Shown here: piece by piece, positions 16,841-25,632 of the stretch
How the letters are laid out: every line of letters starts with the position of its first letter
Position numbering within the stretch: position 1 is the first letter of the stretch
IMG/VR virus record: IMGVR_UViG_3300032080_000129
Coordinates: 1-57,801 of that record
Source: a virus
Taxonomy: Duplodnaviria; Caudoviricetes
Reading direction: 5' to 3' (one strand)
DNA: 57,801 nt
Translations under genes and position numbers: made by a program
The notes under the pieces: model-generated
The model's database searches: none
Seen by the model: only the letters and a program-made list of their open reading frames with translations
What the model was told of the DNA's origin: nothing

Positions 16841-17775
16841 CAGCCGACCACCGCCTCGGTGGCAGCCTCAAGCTGGGCGTCCATCTCGCGCGCCGTCTTC
16901 CGACCATCACGGGCCTTCGCTGCAGCGCCGTTGATCTTCCCGGCAAACCGGTAGGTCTCCAGCGCGGACTCGAAGCTCTCTGGAGTGCCCTCCGCCTTGA
17001 AGAACTCGTAGGTGCCGTCGTCAAAGACCTGGAGGATCGCCGCCCAGTTGGACTCGCCAAACCCAGATTCCTCGGCGAGCAACGGGTAGCCCCCACCTAC
17101 CTGGGCATGTGCGGCGCAGGAGATGAAGCCACCAGTCTTCAGGTCGATGACGCCGGGACCTTTGGCTGAGTGGCAGGCGCAGGAGGACCGATCACATTCG
17201 GCCAGTAGACGACCGCGGAAGTCAAGCCGGCCCGCAACCCGCAAAGCCTCCGAATAGACGACTTGCTCGACCTGGGCAGCCTTCGGTTCGTGGTCGAGGA
17301 AGAACTGCGAGACAGCGAGGGCGCGTTGCAGCTCCCGTTCGTTGAACCGGTTGAAGTCCGGAACCGGTCGCCCCATAGCAAGCGCTTGGAAGGCGAGCAC
17401 GTGGACGTTCGTGCCTTCGTCGCCCGCCTTGTCTCGGATCTGGTCATAGGTGAGACCGTGGTCTTCCAGCTCCTTCCACATGCGGTCGGGGCTGGTGAGC
17501 CACGCCGCGAACTCAGAGCTCTCGGCCAGATAGAGCTGAGCGACCCCAAGGAGCTGGGTCCGCGCCGCCCAACGCAGCAGGTTCTTGGGGTCATAGTCGA
17601 GCGTCTTGACTGCCGAAGTGACACCCGTCAGCCGCGTCCCCTTCCGGCCCGTATCCGGATTATGCCTCCAGTAGGAGTGATCCTGTTTGGGGTCGGTCGG
17701 GTGCTTGTCGATGTACCAGAGCTTCTGCCCGTTCGGGAGTAGCACCAGCTCTTCGTAAGGAGCCGGGGCGCTCAT
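16840..17775 (-). CDS. PD-(D/E)XK exonuclease (RecE/Cas4-like)
   Basis: GVTS, GTNVH, VE, AGRLD, IDLKTG, Q..GY. Confidence 0.8.
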   Translation of the reverse strand: MSAPAPYEELVLLPNGQKLWYIDKHPTDPKQDHSYWRHNPDTGRKGTRLTGVTSAVKTLDYDPKNLLRWAARTQLLGVAQLYLAESSEFAAWLTSPDRMWKELEDHGLTYDQIRDKAGDEGTNVHVLAFQALAMGRPVPDFNRFNERELQRALAVSQFFLDHEPKAAQVEQVVYSEALRVAGRLDFRGRLLAECDRSSCACHSAKGPGVIDLKTGGFISCAAHAQVGGGYPLLAEESGFGESNWAAILQVFDDGTYEFFKAEGTPESFESALETYRFAGKINGAAAKARDGRKTAREMDAQLEAATEAVVG

Positions 17776-18617
17776 TCCTCTCCGCCCTTCTTCTCGGCCG
17801 GCGCGTCGACCTCAGCCTCGGTCTCCTTTTTCGAGATCCAGCGTTCGAACTTTTCGGCCTGCTCGTAGGTGAGGCCGGCGATGCCTTCGACGGCACCTTT
17901 CTTCGTCGAGCAGTCGCCTACGTCTTTGCCACCAGCGGCGTGCGAAGCCGCCAACCGGAAGGCCTCCTTCGCGGCGGGGACCTTCCAAGCTCGATCGACG
18001 AGCTTGGAAGCGATGCCCGGGCCTATCTCGGCCGGGCTCGCGGGCTGACCGTTACCGGCCCCTTTTGACGCCTGCTCGGCAATCTGCTCGTTGACGTCGG
18101 GGTCGAGGTCAGCGGCTCCCAGGTAGATCTCGTAACCCGGTCCGACGCGAGCAAACGCCGGCTTCGCAGCGTTGGTGTAGGAGCCCTTGTAGACGTTCCC
18201 CGTGGTTGAGCCGCGATCGACTCCGCCGTAGCTGGAGCGAGAAAAGAGGGGCTTCTCGGGCGTGCCGACCGTAACCGTGACCCGCGCCAGCTTTCCCTCG
18301 TTGAAGTACTCCTCGTCGGCGAACCACCAGAGGGGCGTCAAGACGTTGTCCATGCGGTCGATCTGAACCTGCACCGCCCGCACACCGGTGGACTCGTAGG
18401 GCTTCCCCTTCTCAAGCCTCGGGACGTATTTGATGAAAGCCGAGGGGATCGGTTCTCTCAACAGAGGCCGCAGTTTCAGGAACAGCTCGGGATCCAGCTC
18501 GGTAGCCGCGCCTCGAATCTCCGCTGCCTTTGCGGCGATCACAGCCTCAGCCTGCTTGGCCTCGGCGAGTGCCTCGGGCGTCGGGTCACTCGTCGCCTTT
18601 TTGCCTTGAGCGCTCAC
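17772..18617 (-). CDS. Rad52/Sak-like single-strand annealing protein
   Basis: IDRMDNVL..W, KGSYTNAAKPAFARVGPGYEIY; adjacent to the exonuclease. Confidence 0.7.
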   Translation of the reverse strand: MSAQGKKATSDPTPEALAEAKQAEAVIAAKAAEIRGAATELDPELFLKLRPLLREPIPSAFIKYVPRLEKGKPYESTGVRAVQVQIDRMDNVLTPLWWFADEEYFNEGKLARVTVTVGTPEKPLFSRSSYGGVDRGSTTGNVYKGSYTNAAKPAFARVGPGYEIYLGAADLDPDVNEQIAEQASKGAGNGQPASPAEIGPGIASKLVDRAWKVPAAKEAFRLAASHAAGGKDVGDCSTKKGAVEGIAGLTYEQAEKFERWISKKETEAEVDAPAEKKGGEE

Positions 18618-19012
18618 GACCCGTACTCCTCAGCAAGCTCGCGCTGGATATCCTCGTGGTCCAGAACCATCAGCCCCACTTTCAGGTGAAGGTCAGCCGC
18701 GCCTTTCCTGCCGCGGTTTTGGTCGAGCACCGGCTGAACCCGTCGCATCAGCTCCTCGCGGACCTCCTCCAACGATCGAGCGACACGCGCAACGTCTTCG
18801 AGTTCCATCGGCTCGCCGGGCCGTACCTCTTCGCGGGCTCGCTCGTAGGCAGTGGGCAGGGCGAGACGCAAACCGGCGTCGGCTCTTTCCCGAGCCTCGA
18901 TCAACTCCAGCTCGGGTATGTTGGGTACAGCCATGGATCCACCTCCGTGGCTCGCGGGCCGGGACGCTGCTACGTCGCCGGTCCTGTTTTGTTGAAGGTC
19001 TCGGGGGTTCAT
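18614..19012 (-). CDS. Hypothetical protein
   Basis: ATGA overlap. Confidence 0.6.
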   Translation of the reverse strand: MNPRDLQQNRTGDVAASRPASHGGGSMAVPNIPELELIEARERADAGLRLALPTAYERAREEVRPGEPMELEDVARVARSLEEVREELMRRVQPVLDQNRGRKGAADLHLKVGLMVLDHEDIQRELAEEYGS

Positions 19013-19386
19013 CGCCGCGCCTCACGCAGGGAGCGATGCACGGCGGCAGCGAGTTCGGCAAGCCCCGGGTCTGAGCCGCCCCATTCGACCCGCCAGTCAC
19101 CTAGGTCATCGACCAACGGACGGAGGTCGTCCGTCTCCTCAAGGATCTTCATCCCGTCTAAGGTCAGATCAGAGAAAGGAGTCGGGCAGGAGCAGCCAGT
19201 GTCGGCGGCAGCCCGTAGCTCACCTGAATCGACGTTCCGCCAGATGACGATCTGTGCGAATTCGTAGGAACCCGCCCAGTCGTACTCGGCGAGGATCGCC
19301 CAACCCGCCGGCGGGTCGTAGTAGGGAGACTCGCCATATCTGGCGTAGCCGCCCTCATCGCTGATCCCTTCGCGCCAGGCCATCAA
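19009..19386 (-). CDS. Conserved actinophage-type hypothetical protein
   Basis: SYEF...DTGCSCPTPF motif. Confidence 0.7.
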   Translation of the reverse strand: MMAWREGISDEGGYARYGESPYYDPPAGWAILAEYDWAGSYEFAQIVIWRNVDSGELRAAADTGCSCPTPFSDLTLDGMKILEETDDLRPLVDDLGDWRVEWGGSDPGLAELAAAVHRSLREARR

Positions 19387-19619
19387 GCAGCCCTCCCGTA
19401 GCGCTCATCGCTCGGCACCCGGGCATTCCCGCCACCGATCACCTGGAAGGGAGCGTCGAGTTCCTTGGCCGCATGGAGTTCGGCACGCCGGCGCCGTTCA
19501 CGCTCCTCCGCGCGCCTGGCCGCAGCCATCACGACGACAAAGCCGACGGACGCGAAGGTCGAGATGGCGAGCCAGATCAGCCCGGCCTCGATCAGGGAAG
19601 AGACTGCGAGCACCATCAC
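19383..19619 (-). CDS. Small membrane protein
   Basis: N-terminal hydrophobic helix. Confidence 0.6.
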   Translation of the reverse strand: MMVLAVSSLIEAGLIWLAISTFASVGFVVVMAAARRAEERERRRRAELHAAKELDAPFQVIGGGNARVPSDERYGRAA

Positions 19620-19716
19620 GCGCTCACCGCCTCTCGGCCTTCAACCAGAAGGCACCAGGCCATGAGGTCGACTAGGGGTCGCAGTGTCCAGCTAAGGAAG
19701 ATGAGGGCGAGCGGGT

Positions 19717-20049
19717 TCACTTCTGCCCACGCTCCGCTAGCTCTATGGCGCGGTCGTACATCGCCATCGTTGCGGCGTGTCCCAGCCGGTCATTCACGAC
19801 ATGAACCGCGGCGCCGTGCCGCTCGCGAGCAGCTTCATCAAGCAACTCGACGGCCTCTGGGTAGAGCCTGTCGCTCTCGAACTCAAGGGTCCCGAGAGCG
19901 CAGAAGCTGAACGCTTCCTCGTAATCGCAGCGGTTCCCCTCACGGTCGCGCGCACTCACGCCCTGCGCCAACCGCTCCGGATCACTGATCCGCTCCTTCG
20001 CTGCCCGTAGTACCTCTACTACCGAGCGCTCAGTGGTTGCGGTGGTCAT
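19717..20049 (-). CDS. DUF6197-like protein
   Basis: FCALG...VND..GH...YDRAI. Confidence 0.65.
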   Translation of the reverse strand: MTTATTERSVVEVLRAAKERISDPERLAQGVSARDREGNRCDYEEAFSFCALGTLEFESDRLYPEAVELLDEAARERHGAAVHVVNDRLGHAATMAMYDRAIELAERGQK

Positions 20050-20282
20050 CGCGGTCGCCGATCTCGCTCGACCTTGGCGTAGGCGTCCTCAAGAAAGTCG
20101 GTAACCCGAGCGCCAACCGCGAGCAGTAGATTGGCAAGAGCCAGGAGAACGAAGACACCAGCCCACGTTGCGAGAAACCAACCGGACTCTCGACCGGTAG
20201 CGAGCTGGTAGACGAGCCCACCCGCCACCGCCGAATAGAAAGCGCTCTGAATGAAGAGCCAGATCCGCTCGCCGTTGCTCAT
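20046..20282 (-). CDS. Two-TM membrane protein
   Basis: Two hydrophobic segments. Confidence 0.65.
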   Translation of the reverse strand: MSNGERIWLFIQSAFYSAVAGGLVYQLATGRESGWFLATWAGVFVLLALANLLLAVGARVTDFLEDAYAKVERDRRPR

Positions 20283-20527
20283 GAAGCCACCCCCGCCAGC
20301 TCAGCCTCATAGGCAACGAAGGTCAGACACCGTTCCCAGTCGTGGTATTCCACCTTGCCTTCGTGGAGTTCTTCGACGATCTGGGAGAGGGTCATCGACG
20401 CCGGCACGTTGGCCTGCGACTCGAAGATCTGGGCGGCCTCCTCGACCGTCTCGCACTCCCACTTCTGGTCTTCCCTGCCGTTGAGCTGGGGACCGCCGTC
20501 GTAGATGGCCTCCACTACATAGGTCAT
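20279..20527 (-). CDS. Hypothetical protein
   Basis: ATGA overlaps. Confidence 0.65.
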   Translation of the reverse strand: MTYVVEAIYDGGPQLNGREDQKWECETVEEAAQIFESQANVPASMTLSQIVEELHEGKVEYHDWERCLTFVAYEAELAGVAS

Positions 20528-21255
20528 GCGGCCACCCTCTTTCGGCCGCGTCTCCGGGCAGGGAAGTGATGGCCCGCTTGGCGCAAGCGCTTAATCCGCG
20601 AGTAGACCGAGCTGATGGAGGCGTAGCCGGTGAACTCGGCGATCTGCTCAAGGGTCAGCCCTTCGCTCCACAGTTCTTCCAGGTACTGCGGTGATGCGAT
20701 CGGCGCGGCCGCCCCTTGCGGATCAACAGGGTTCGGCGGAACCTCAAGACCGAGTCTTTCGGCCCGGTCGAACATGCCGTTGACTGAGGCCGCGCTGGTG
20801 CCAAGGCGGCTGGCGATCTGATGGTTAGTCAGACCCTCTGAGCGCCAAGCGATGATCTGTTGGCGGCGCTCTTCCCGAACATCGGCGTCGCCACCGAGCC
20901 GCCGTAGGGGCAGGTTGGTCTCGCCGCGTTTTCGCCACGCGTGAACCAGGCTGGTGACCGAGTGCGAGGAAAGCCCTTCACCAATCTCCTCCGCGATCAA
21001 CCTGGCCGGCAGGCCTTCCCGCCACTTTTCCTTTATCTGACGGTTGCGCTCTCCGTATTTCGCCTCGTGCTTGCAGTCGCCGCACAGGTCATCGGGGGTC
21101 GCCGTACCGTCGTAGACGTCGGCGCTGCACTCCCGGCAGATCGCGGTGTACTGAGTTCGACGGCGGCAGCGCTGGCTGCACCAGATCCTCTTGCCGCGGG
21201 TGCCCGTGAGGTCCACGTCGCAATCGCGGCCTCGGCAGACCCGACGCTCCCCCAT
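20524..21255 (-). CDS. Zn-finger plus tandem HTH regulator
   Basis: C..C/WCS..C and CREC..CGDC followed by three W.EGL..I(A)E HTH repeats. Confidence 0.75.
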   Translation of the reverse strand: MGERRVCRGRDCDVDLTGTRGKRIWCSQRCRRRTQYTAICRECSADVYDGTATPDDLCGDCKHEAKYGERNRQIKEKWREGLPARLIAEEIGEGLSSHSVTSLVHAWRKRGETNLPLRRLGGDADVREERRQQIIAWRSEGLTNHQIASRLGTSAASVNGMFDRAERLGLEVPPNPVDPQGAAAPIASPQYLEELWSEGLTLEQIAEFTGYASISSVYSRIKRLRQAGHHFPARRRGRKRVAA

Positions 21256-21258
21256 GAC

Positions 21259-21495
21259 CTAAGCCACCTCCCTAGAAGAAGCTCCGGTGGGGATGCGATC
21301 CCAACCCATGAGCCACGAGGGCTCGACTCCGAGGAACTCGGCAACTAGTGGAGCGAGGTCGGCGGGGATCGTCGCCCCGTTGGCCCACTTCCGGACCGTG
21401 TCTTCAGTCCGCTCGATGGCGGAGGCGACTTCGCTGCGGGACCTGCCCGCCGACACCATTGCCTCCGCCAGCCGGTTCTTCGGGGGATTGACCAT
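21259..21495 (-). CDS. Cro-like XRE HTH
   Basis: NRLAEAM..GRSRSEVA...TVRKWANG..P...LGV.PSWLMGW; heads the early operon; TACGGT 6 nt upstream suggests a leaderless transcript. Confidence 0.85.
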   Translation of the reverse strand: MVNPPKNRLAEAMVSAGRSRSEVASAIERTEDTVRKWANGATIPADLAPLVAEFLGVEPSWLMGWDRIPTGASSREVA

Positions 21496-21512
21496 GGACC
21501 CACCGTAGCAGG

Positions 21513-21545
21513 TTCCAGAATCTCATTCCAGACTTCTTTTCTGGA
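21513..21545. promoter_or_regulatory. Candidate cI/cro operator
   Basis: TCCAGA-N7-TCTGGA (21527-21545) plus an extra TTCCAGA half-site at 21513, between the divergent HTH genes. Confidence 0.55.
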
Positions 21546-21585
21546 TCTATTCTCTTATGTGCGGATTTGGTTTACCGTTGCGGCG

Positions 21586-21828
21586 GTGGCGACCGGATTG
21601 ATAGAAGCGCTCGCAGCGGCAGCGAAGCGGGCGAGGGAAGATGCCGGCGTCAGCCGCAGCGAGGTCGCGGCCCGTGTTGGAAAGACTGAAGACACGATCC
21701 GAAAGTTCGAGGGCGCGCAGACCTTCACTGCCTTGAACGACATCATCGATGCCTATGAGGAGACGACCGACTCGTCCCTACTGGACCTGCTCTCCGAGGC
21801 TGAAGCCACCCTCAAGAGAAAAGGCTGA
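21586..21828 (+). CDS. Immunity repressor-like XRE HTH (80 aa, no peptidase domain)
   Basis: KRAREDAGVSRSEVAARVGKTEDTIRKFE; divergent from cro; TACCGT 7 nt before GTG. Confidence 0.8.
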   Translation: MATGLIEALAAAAKRAREDAGVSRSEVAARVGKTEDTIRKFEGAQTFTALNDIIDAYEETTDSSLLDLLSEAEATLKRKG

Positions 21829-21980
21829 CCCGACTCCAGTTCGTCTTCGAACTCGTCTAGGGCGGGCTGCCAGACCGAAGCGGGACCGAGCCGCTTCCGA
21901 TGACGACGAACATCGGCCAAGAGATCGTCGAGCACGTCTCGCTCGGTCCCGCTTCCGTCGGCTGAACCCCCCTCCTGCAC
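21753..21980 (-). CDS. Small protein overlapping the repressor 3' end in antisense
   Basis: Strong GGGAGG RBS before GTG; no recognisable family. Confidence 0.45.
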   Translation of the reverse strand: MQEGGSADGSGTERDVLDDLLADVRRHRKRLGPASVWQPALDEFEDELESGQPFLLRVASASESRSSRDESVVSS

Positions 21981-22097
21981 CCCTTTCCTCCCCTGCCGGT
22001 CCGTTTAACTTTTAGGCGCTTAACTAGACAGCGCCTTTGGAGTGGCAGAGGGTTCCGAACTGCCGACCTGCTTGTCAAGTGTTATGCGCGCCGTTCG

Positions 22098-22703
22098 TCA
22101 ACGTTTGTCCGGCGCCGGCACCTTGAAGAGGCCGAAGCCCGAAGAAATGTGGACCGCGCCGCGGCCTTCGGCACTTCGGCGTTCGGCTGACCGCTGCTCG
22201 ATTTGGTCCATCCCTTCCCGGGCCTGTTCGTAGAGTTCCAGGGCTTCATCTAAGCCCCGTTCATCGACGACCCGCCGAGTCCGCGACATGTGGAACTTGT
22301 CATCCTTACCTAGCGTTCCCTGCTTCCACGCCAGCACGTAGTCATCGAGCTGCACCTGCATGAACTCGCCTAGAAGGTGCTCGGCGAGAACCGGGTCGTC
22401 GGCGACGAGCTGATCCCACTCATCCGTTTCGATCAGCGACCGCTCAGTTGCTTTGTAGAACTTCTCGGAGGGCTTCCCGGCGTTTCGGCGCTCCTCGACC
22501 ATTTCGGCGCACCCGAGCTTCACCAGCTCTTTCGTGTGGTAGTTGACGTTGACCAGATCCTTCCGACCGAGCTTGAGGTGCCGCGTCATCTCGGCCGGAC
22601 TGGCGGTGCGCTCGGTCAGAATTTTGAAGATGGCGGCACGCAGAGGATGCTCCATCGCCTTCAGGCGATTCTGGCTTGCCTTGCGCTCGGTTCTGGTCGC
22701 CAC
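22098..22703 (-). CDS. ArsR-like winged-HTH regulator with C-terminal domain (copy 1)
   Basis: KAMEHPLRAAI..ASPAEM..NYH..L..GC; C-terminal GTL..D.FHMSRT..VDERG; start at GTG after GAGGGG (track start 22748). Confidence 0.85.
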   Translation of the reverse strand: MATRTERKASQNRLKAMEHPLRAAIFKILTERTASPAEMTRHLKLGRKDLVNVNYHTKELVKLGCAEMVEERRNAGKPSEKFYKATERSLIETDEWDQLVADDPVLAEHLLGEFMQVQLDDYVLAWKQGTLGKDDKFHMSRTRRVVDERGLDEALELYEQAREGMDQIEQRSAERRSAEGRGAVHISSGFGLFKVPAPDKR

Positions 22704-22748
22704 GGTCGCCCCCTCAGTGCTCCGATTGGCTTGAAGGTACTTGTTCAT

Positions 22749-22790
22749 AGCGCAAGATGTCCACTAAGCGCATGAACGTCCTCTAGCGCA
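22749..22790. promoter_or_regulatory. Three AGCGCA repeats at an exact 18-bp period
   Basis: Copies at 22749, 22767, 22785; spacers share GTCC[A/T]CT. Confidence 0.55.
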
Positions 22791-22839
22791 GTCATCGTTT
22801 CTTCCGCCTTCCGAGATCGCGAAAGGGGGTGAGGACCAG

Positions 22840-22899
22840 ATGACCATGGCGAAAACCGACGAGGTAATCCCGGCCGTAAAAATCGGCAAGACTGGCTGA
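22840..22899 (+). CDS. 19-aa peptide MTMAKTDEVIPAVKIGKTG
   Basis: AAGGGGGTGA RBS 7 nt upstream; homologous peptide at 55854; followed by hairpins. Confidence 0.72.
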   Translation: MTMAKTDEVIPAVKIGKTG

Positions 22900-22903
22900 G
22901 CTG

Positions 22904-23014
22904 CTGTCCGCCATCGGCGGATAGGTTTCGCGCGGCGCTGACATGGAGGTCTGTTCTCCTGTTGGTGCAAGGCCGGGTGCTCGCTGTTTGCCGCAGCGAC
23001 CCCGGCCGCTTTTC
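22904..23014 (+). terminator. Hairpins downstream of the peptide gene
   Basis: CTGTCCGCC-ATC-GGCGGATAG and GGCCGGG..TCGCTG/CAGCGA..CCCGGCC-GCTTTTC. Confidence 0.5.
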
Positions 23015-23240
23015 AAGTTCCGGTCGCGACTATAGCGCCTGAGTACCGGAGCGGTTCCTGAACAACAGCAAGTAGGGATAGCTGCTTTGGGGTTCGACGG
23101 TGGAGCTCCGTCGTCAGCCGATGGCATGAGCGACTCGATGGCCGAGTGGGAACATCAACCCTGCGGAACGCTCAATGTCGGCAACGGCCAGGCTCCAGGG
23201 GTCAGCAGGGGCGACTTCAGTTGTAGCGGCTACAGGCTCA

Positions 23241-23465
23241 TCAAGGACCGGAGGCAAGTTCTGAGGCAGTTCGTGCCGCCTCGGCGCTCAGAGCCAAGGT
23301 GACGACAGCGACCTCCTCGGGCGTCACACCATCCTCCACTACGTAGTCCCGAGGGCCGTCGAGCGAGTAGGAGGCGACCAGCTTCCAGTCATCTCCGCAC
23401 TTCACGTAGGCGCCATTGCGTATGCCGCTTCCGGTGCGACTCAGACGAACGACCGTGCCCTCCAT
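23241..23465 (-). CDS. Hypothetical protein
   Basis: Directly after the holin-like gene. Confidence 0.5.
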   Translation of the reverse strand: MEGTVVRLSRTGSGIRNGAYVKCGDDWKLVASYSLDGPRDYVVEDGVTPEEVAVVTLALSAEAARTASELASGP

Positions 23466-23651
23466 TCAACTGCCGCCTTCGGGAGTCGACCAGCCTATCG
23501 CAGCGAGGCCTGCGGTCAGCACCACGGCGCCGAGCTCTTCGCGGTCGAACTCCCCGGTCGCCACCCAGCGGGAGGCGATGAAGAACAGCCCGGCCACGGC
23601 AGGTACCAAGACCTTGGGAACGGGGATCAGGGGCTTCAGCCTCTCAGCCAT
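23466..23651 (-). CDS. Holin-like two-TM protein
   Basis: 61 aa, two hydrophobic segments, downstream of the endolysin. Confidence 0.65.
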   Translation of the reverse strand: MAERLKPLIPVPKVLVPAVAGLFFIASRWVATGEFDREELGAVVLTAGLAAIGWSTPEGGS

Positions 23652-23805
23652 TCGTGGCCTCGCAATCCGCGGTCTCGGAGGCGACATCGAGCACCGTTCC
23701 CGGTGCAAGAGGCTGATCGCTCCCCTCGCCGATCATTTCCAGCTCATAGAGCGGCGGGTCGGTCTCTCTCACAGAGGCGATGCGGTACTGCGCAGGCTCG
23801 TTCAT
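23644..23805 (-). CDS. 53-aa acidic hypothetical protein
   Basis: GAAAGG RBS; MNEPAQYRIASV...; below the track cutoff. Confidence 0.5.
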   Translation of the reverse strand: MNEPAQYRIASVRETDPPLYELEMIGEGSDQPLAPGTVLDVASETADCEATNG

Positions 23806-23868
23806 CGTCGTGCCTTTCTGGAGAAGGGATTCACGGTCCCTCTGGGCGGCTGATCCAATTGCGCATCG

Positions 23869-24693
23869 TCAGCTCCAGTCGGGGCGGGCCACGATGCCCC
23901 GGTCGAACTCCGACAGCGAGCGGACGTTTTCGGCCACCTCACCGCCGTTGGACTCCTGGCCACCGGCCGTGGTGTTGCCGCCGAGGCAGCGGACCTGGCC
24001 ATTGCGGGGCCGCTCGGCGACAACCTCGATGTGCTTGCCGCCCCACAGGCAGGCGAGGTCACCCGGGCGGGCGTCCTCGGCCTTGACCGCCTTCAGGCCA
24101 TTGACCCCGGCGATCGCATCCGCGGTGATGTAGGGGGCGAAGCCGAGCCGGATTCGGTTCGGGATCTTCGCCCCGCCCAGCTTCACCACCACCCAGCAGG
24201 CGAAGCAGCCGCACCAGAAGACCGGGCCGGTGTAGCCGGTGAAGCGGATGAACTCCTCCACCTTGCCGCCCCAGTTCGAGCCCTCCGGCTGCTCCTTGAT
24301 ACCGATCAGCTCGCGACCCCGCGCCACCGCCTTCTCGCCGGCGTCCTTCGCGTAGCGTTTGCGGAGCTTCTCCCGGTAGTCCTTCCGACGGCGGCCGGCT
24401 GCCTCCTCCTCATCGGTGCGCTTGCGGCCGCGGATCAGCTTCTGGGTGCCTTCCGAGATGGTGCCGTTGCGGAGCTTGTCGTGCGCGTCCCCGCAGATAC
24501 CAAGGCAGTAGGCGATGTCAGCGGCAGCCTCAAAGGTCTGGCCGCCGAGGTCACCGTCGACCTTGATCTGCCGGTCGATCTTGAAGTGCTCGAACCGCTC
24601 GTTGATCTGCCCCTGCAGCGCCCTGACATCGGCACCAGAGAGAATCGGGGAGTGCAGCGACAGGGGTCGATGCACCTCTTTGCGGTGGGCCAT
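23869..24693 (-). CDS. Endolysin: peptidoglycan-binding plus CHAP domain
   Basis: GADVRALQ..VDGDLG..T; FWCGCFA, PGDL, HIEVV, GGNT. Confidence 0.88.
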   Translation of the reverse strand: MAHRKEVHRPLSLHSPILSGADVRALQGQINERFEHFKIDRQIKVDGDLGGQTFEAAADIAYCLGICGDAHDKLRNGTISEGTQKLIRGRKRTDEEEAAGRRRKDYREKLRKRYAKDAGEKAVARGRELIGIKEQPEGSNWGGKVEEFIRFTGYTGPVFWCGCFACWVVVKLGGAKIPNRIRLGFAPYITADAIAGVNGLKAVKAEDARPGDLACLWGGKHIEVVAERPRNGQVRCLGGNTTAGGQESNGGEVAENVRSLSEFDRGIVARPDWS

Positions 24694-24781
24694 GGGCGGC
24701 CCTCCTTTCGAATCGGGGTCGATGGATGCCCGCCAGTGCGCCCGAGTGGGCGGAGGGCGAGCAGGACTCAGGAAGAGGGAG

Positions 24782-25255
24782 CTACTTGGCGACGGGAATC
24801 TCGTTGGCGAGGATTGCGCCGACGGTGTTGTGCAGCAGGCGTTTCAGCTCCTCGCCGTAGCCGAACCGCTCGGCGTTCTGGTCGATGGAGCGACGAATGT
24901 CCCCGTCGTCGTGCCGGCGGGTGGCGGCGATCCAATCGCAGAGCATCTCCGTGAGCTGGATCAGGTTCATGACCCCGATGCCTTCCATGAAGTGCTCCGG
25001 GTGGTGATCGTTGTGAGCGTAGTGGTGCCGGAGACCCTCCCCCATCTCGGCGAGGAAGCCCTTGTACTCGTCGCTGCCGTAGGTGGAGTCCTTGAGTTGC
25101 GGCGTCACCCGGTCGAAGACTTCGACCTCGGGCGGCTCCAGCTTCGAGCGGTCATGGCGATGCGCCCGTTCCGTCAGGTCGCCCGCTACACCGAGCAGAA
25201 GGCCGCGCACCTGGGCGATGTGCTCATGGGTGTCCGGCCGTGAGTCGTAGGCCAC
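24782..25255 (-). CDS. DUF5662-like HD-type protein
   Basis: HDRSKL, HHYAHNDHHPEHF, EMLCDWIAA. Confidence 0.8.
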   Translation of the reverse strand: MAYDSRPDTHEHIAQVRGLLLGVAGDLTERAHRHDRSKLEPPEVEVFDRVTPQLKDSTYGSDEYKGFLAEMGEGLRHHYAHNDHHPEHFMEGIGVMNLIQLTEMLCDWIAATRRHDDGDIRRSIDQNAERFGYGEELKRLLHNTVGAILANEIPVAK

Positions 25256-25337
25256 GGTGGTGGCTCCTTTCGTTGCTATTGGCGCCGCGCTTACAGGCGG
25301 CGAGGATCAGGGGGGGAGCTGGGTGTAGGGTCAAAGC

Positions 25338-25565
25338 GTGACTGATTCGCACGGGCCTTACGTGATTCGCCTCTTCTTTGATGACCCTGAAGGCATGGAG
25401 GAGACCGAGGCGATGGCGGGTCCATTCGCCGACGGAACCGAGGTCGCCGCCGCGCTATTGGGCGCTGGCTTTCGATGTAAGTCCGACAACGAGGACCCCA
25501 CCGAGGTCTGGTGGGACGGGGCATCGACGGTGCAGGTCATCCCCTTGACTGCTGCACTGCCGTAG
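25338..25565 (+). CDS. Hypothetical protein (counter-oriented insert)
   Basis: Plausible composition; no family. Confidence 0.45.
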   Translation: MTDSHGPYVIRLFFDDPEGMEETEAMAGPFADGTEVAAALLGAGFRCKSDNEDPTEVWWDGASTVQVIPLTAALP

Positions 25566-25632
25566 CTGCTGCCCGCGCAAGCGCTCCAGCAGAATTCAGC
25601 GCTCCGAGACTCCTGCGTACTACCTTCGGTAG

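Noticed and set aside
16840-17775. Cas4 / CRISPR adaptation gene
   Set aside because: Context beside an annealing protein indicates a phage recombination exonuclease
22840-22899. Canonical arbitrium (AimR/AimP) or RiPP precursor
   Set aside because: No TPR receptor, signal peptide or modifying enzymes; only the logic is analogous
23087-23302. Short ORFs and the TGTAGC-G-GCTACA palindrome
   Set aside because: No RBS, family resemblance or second copy to support a call
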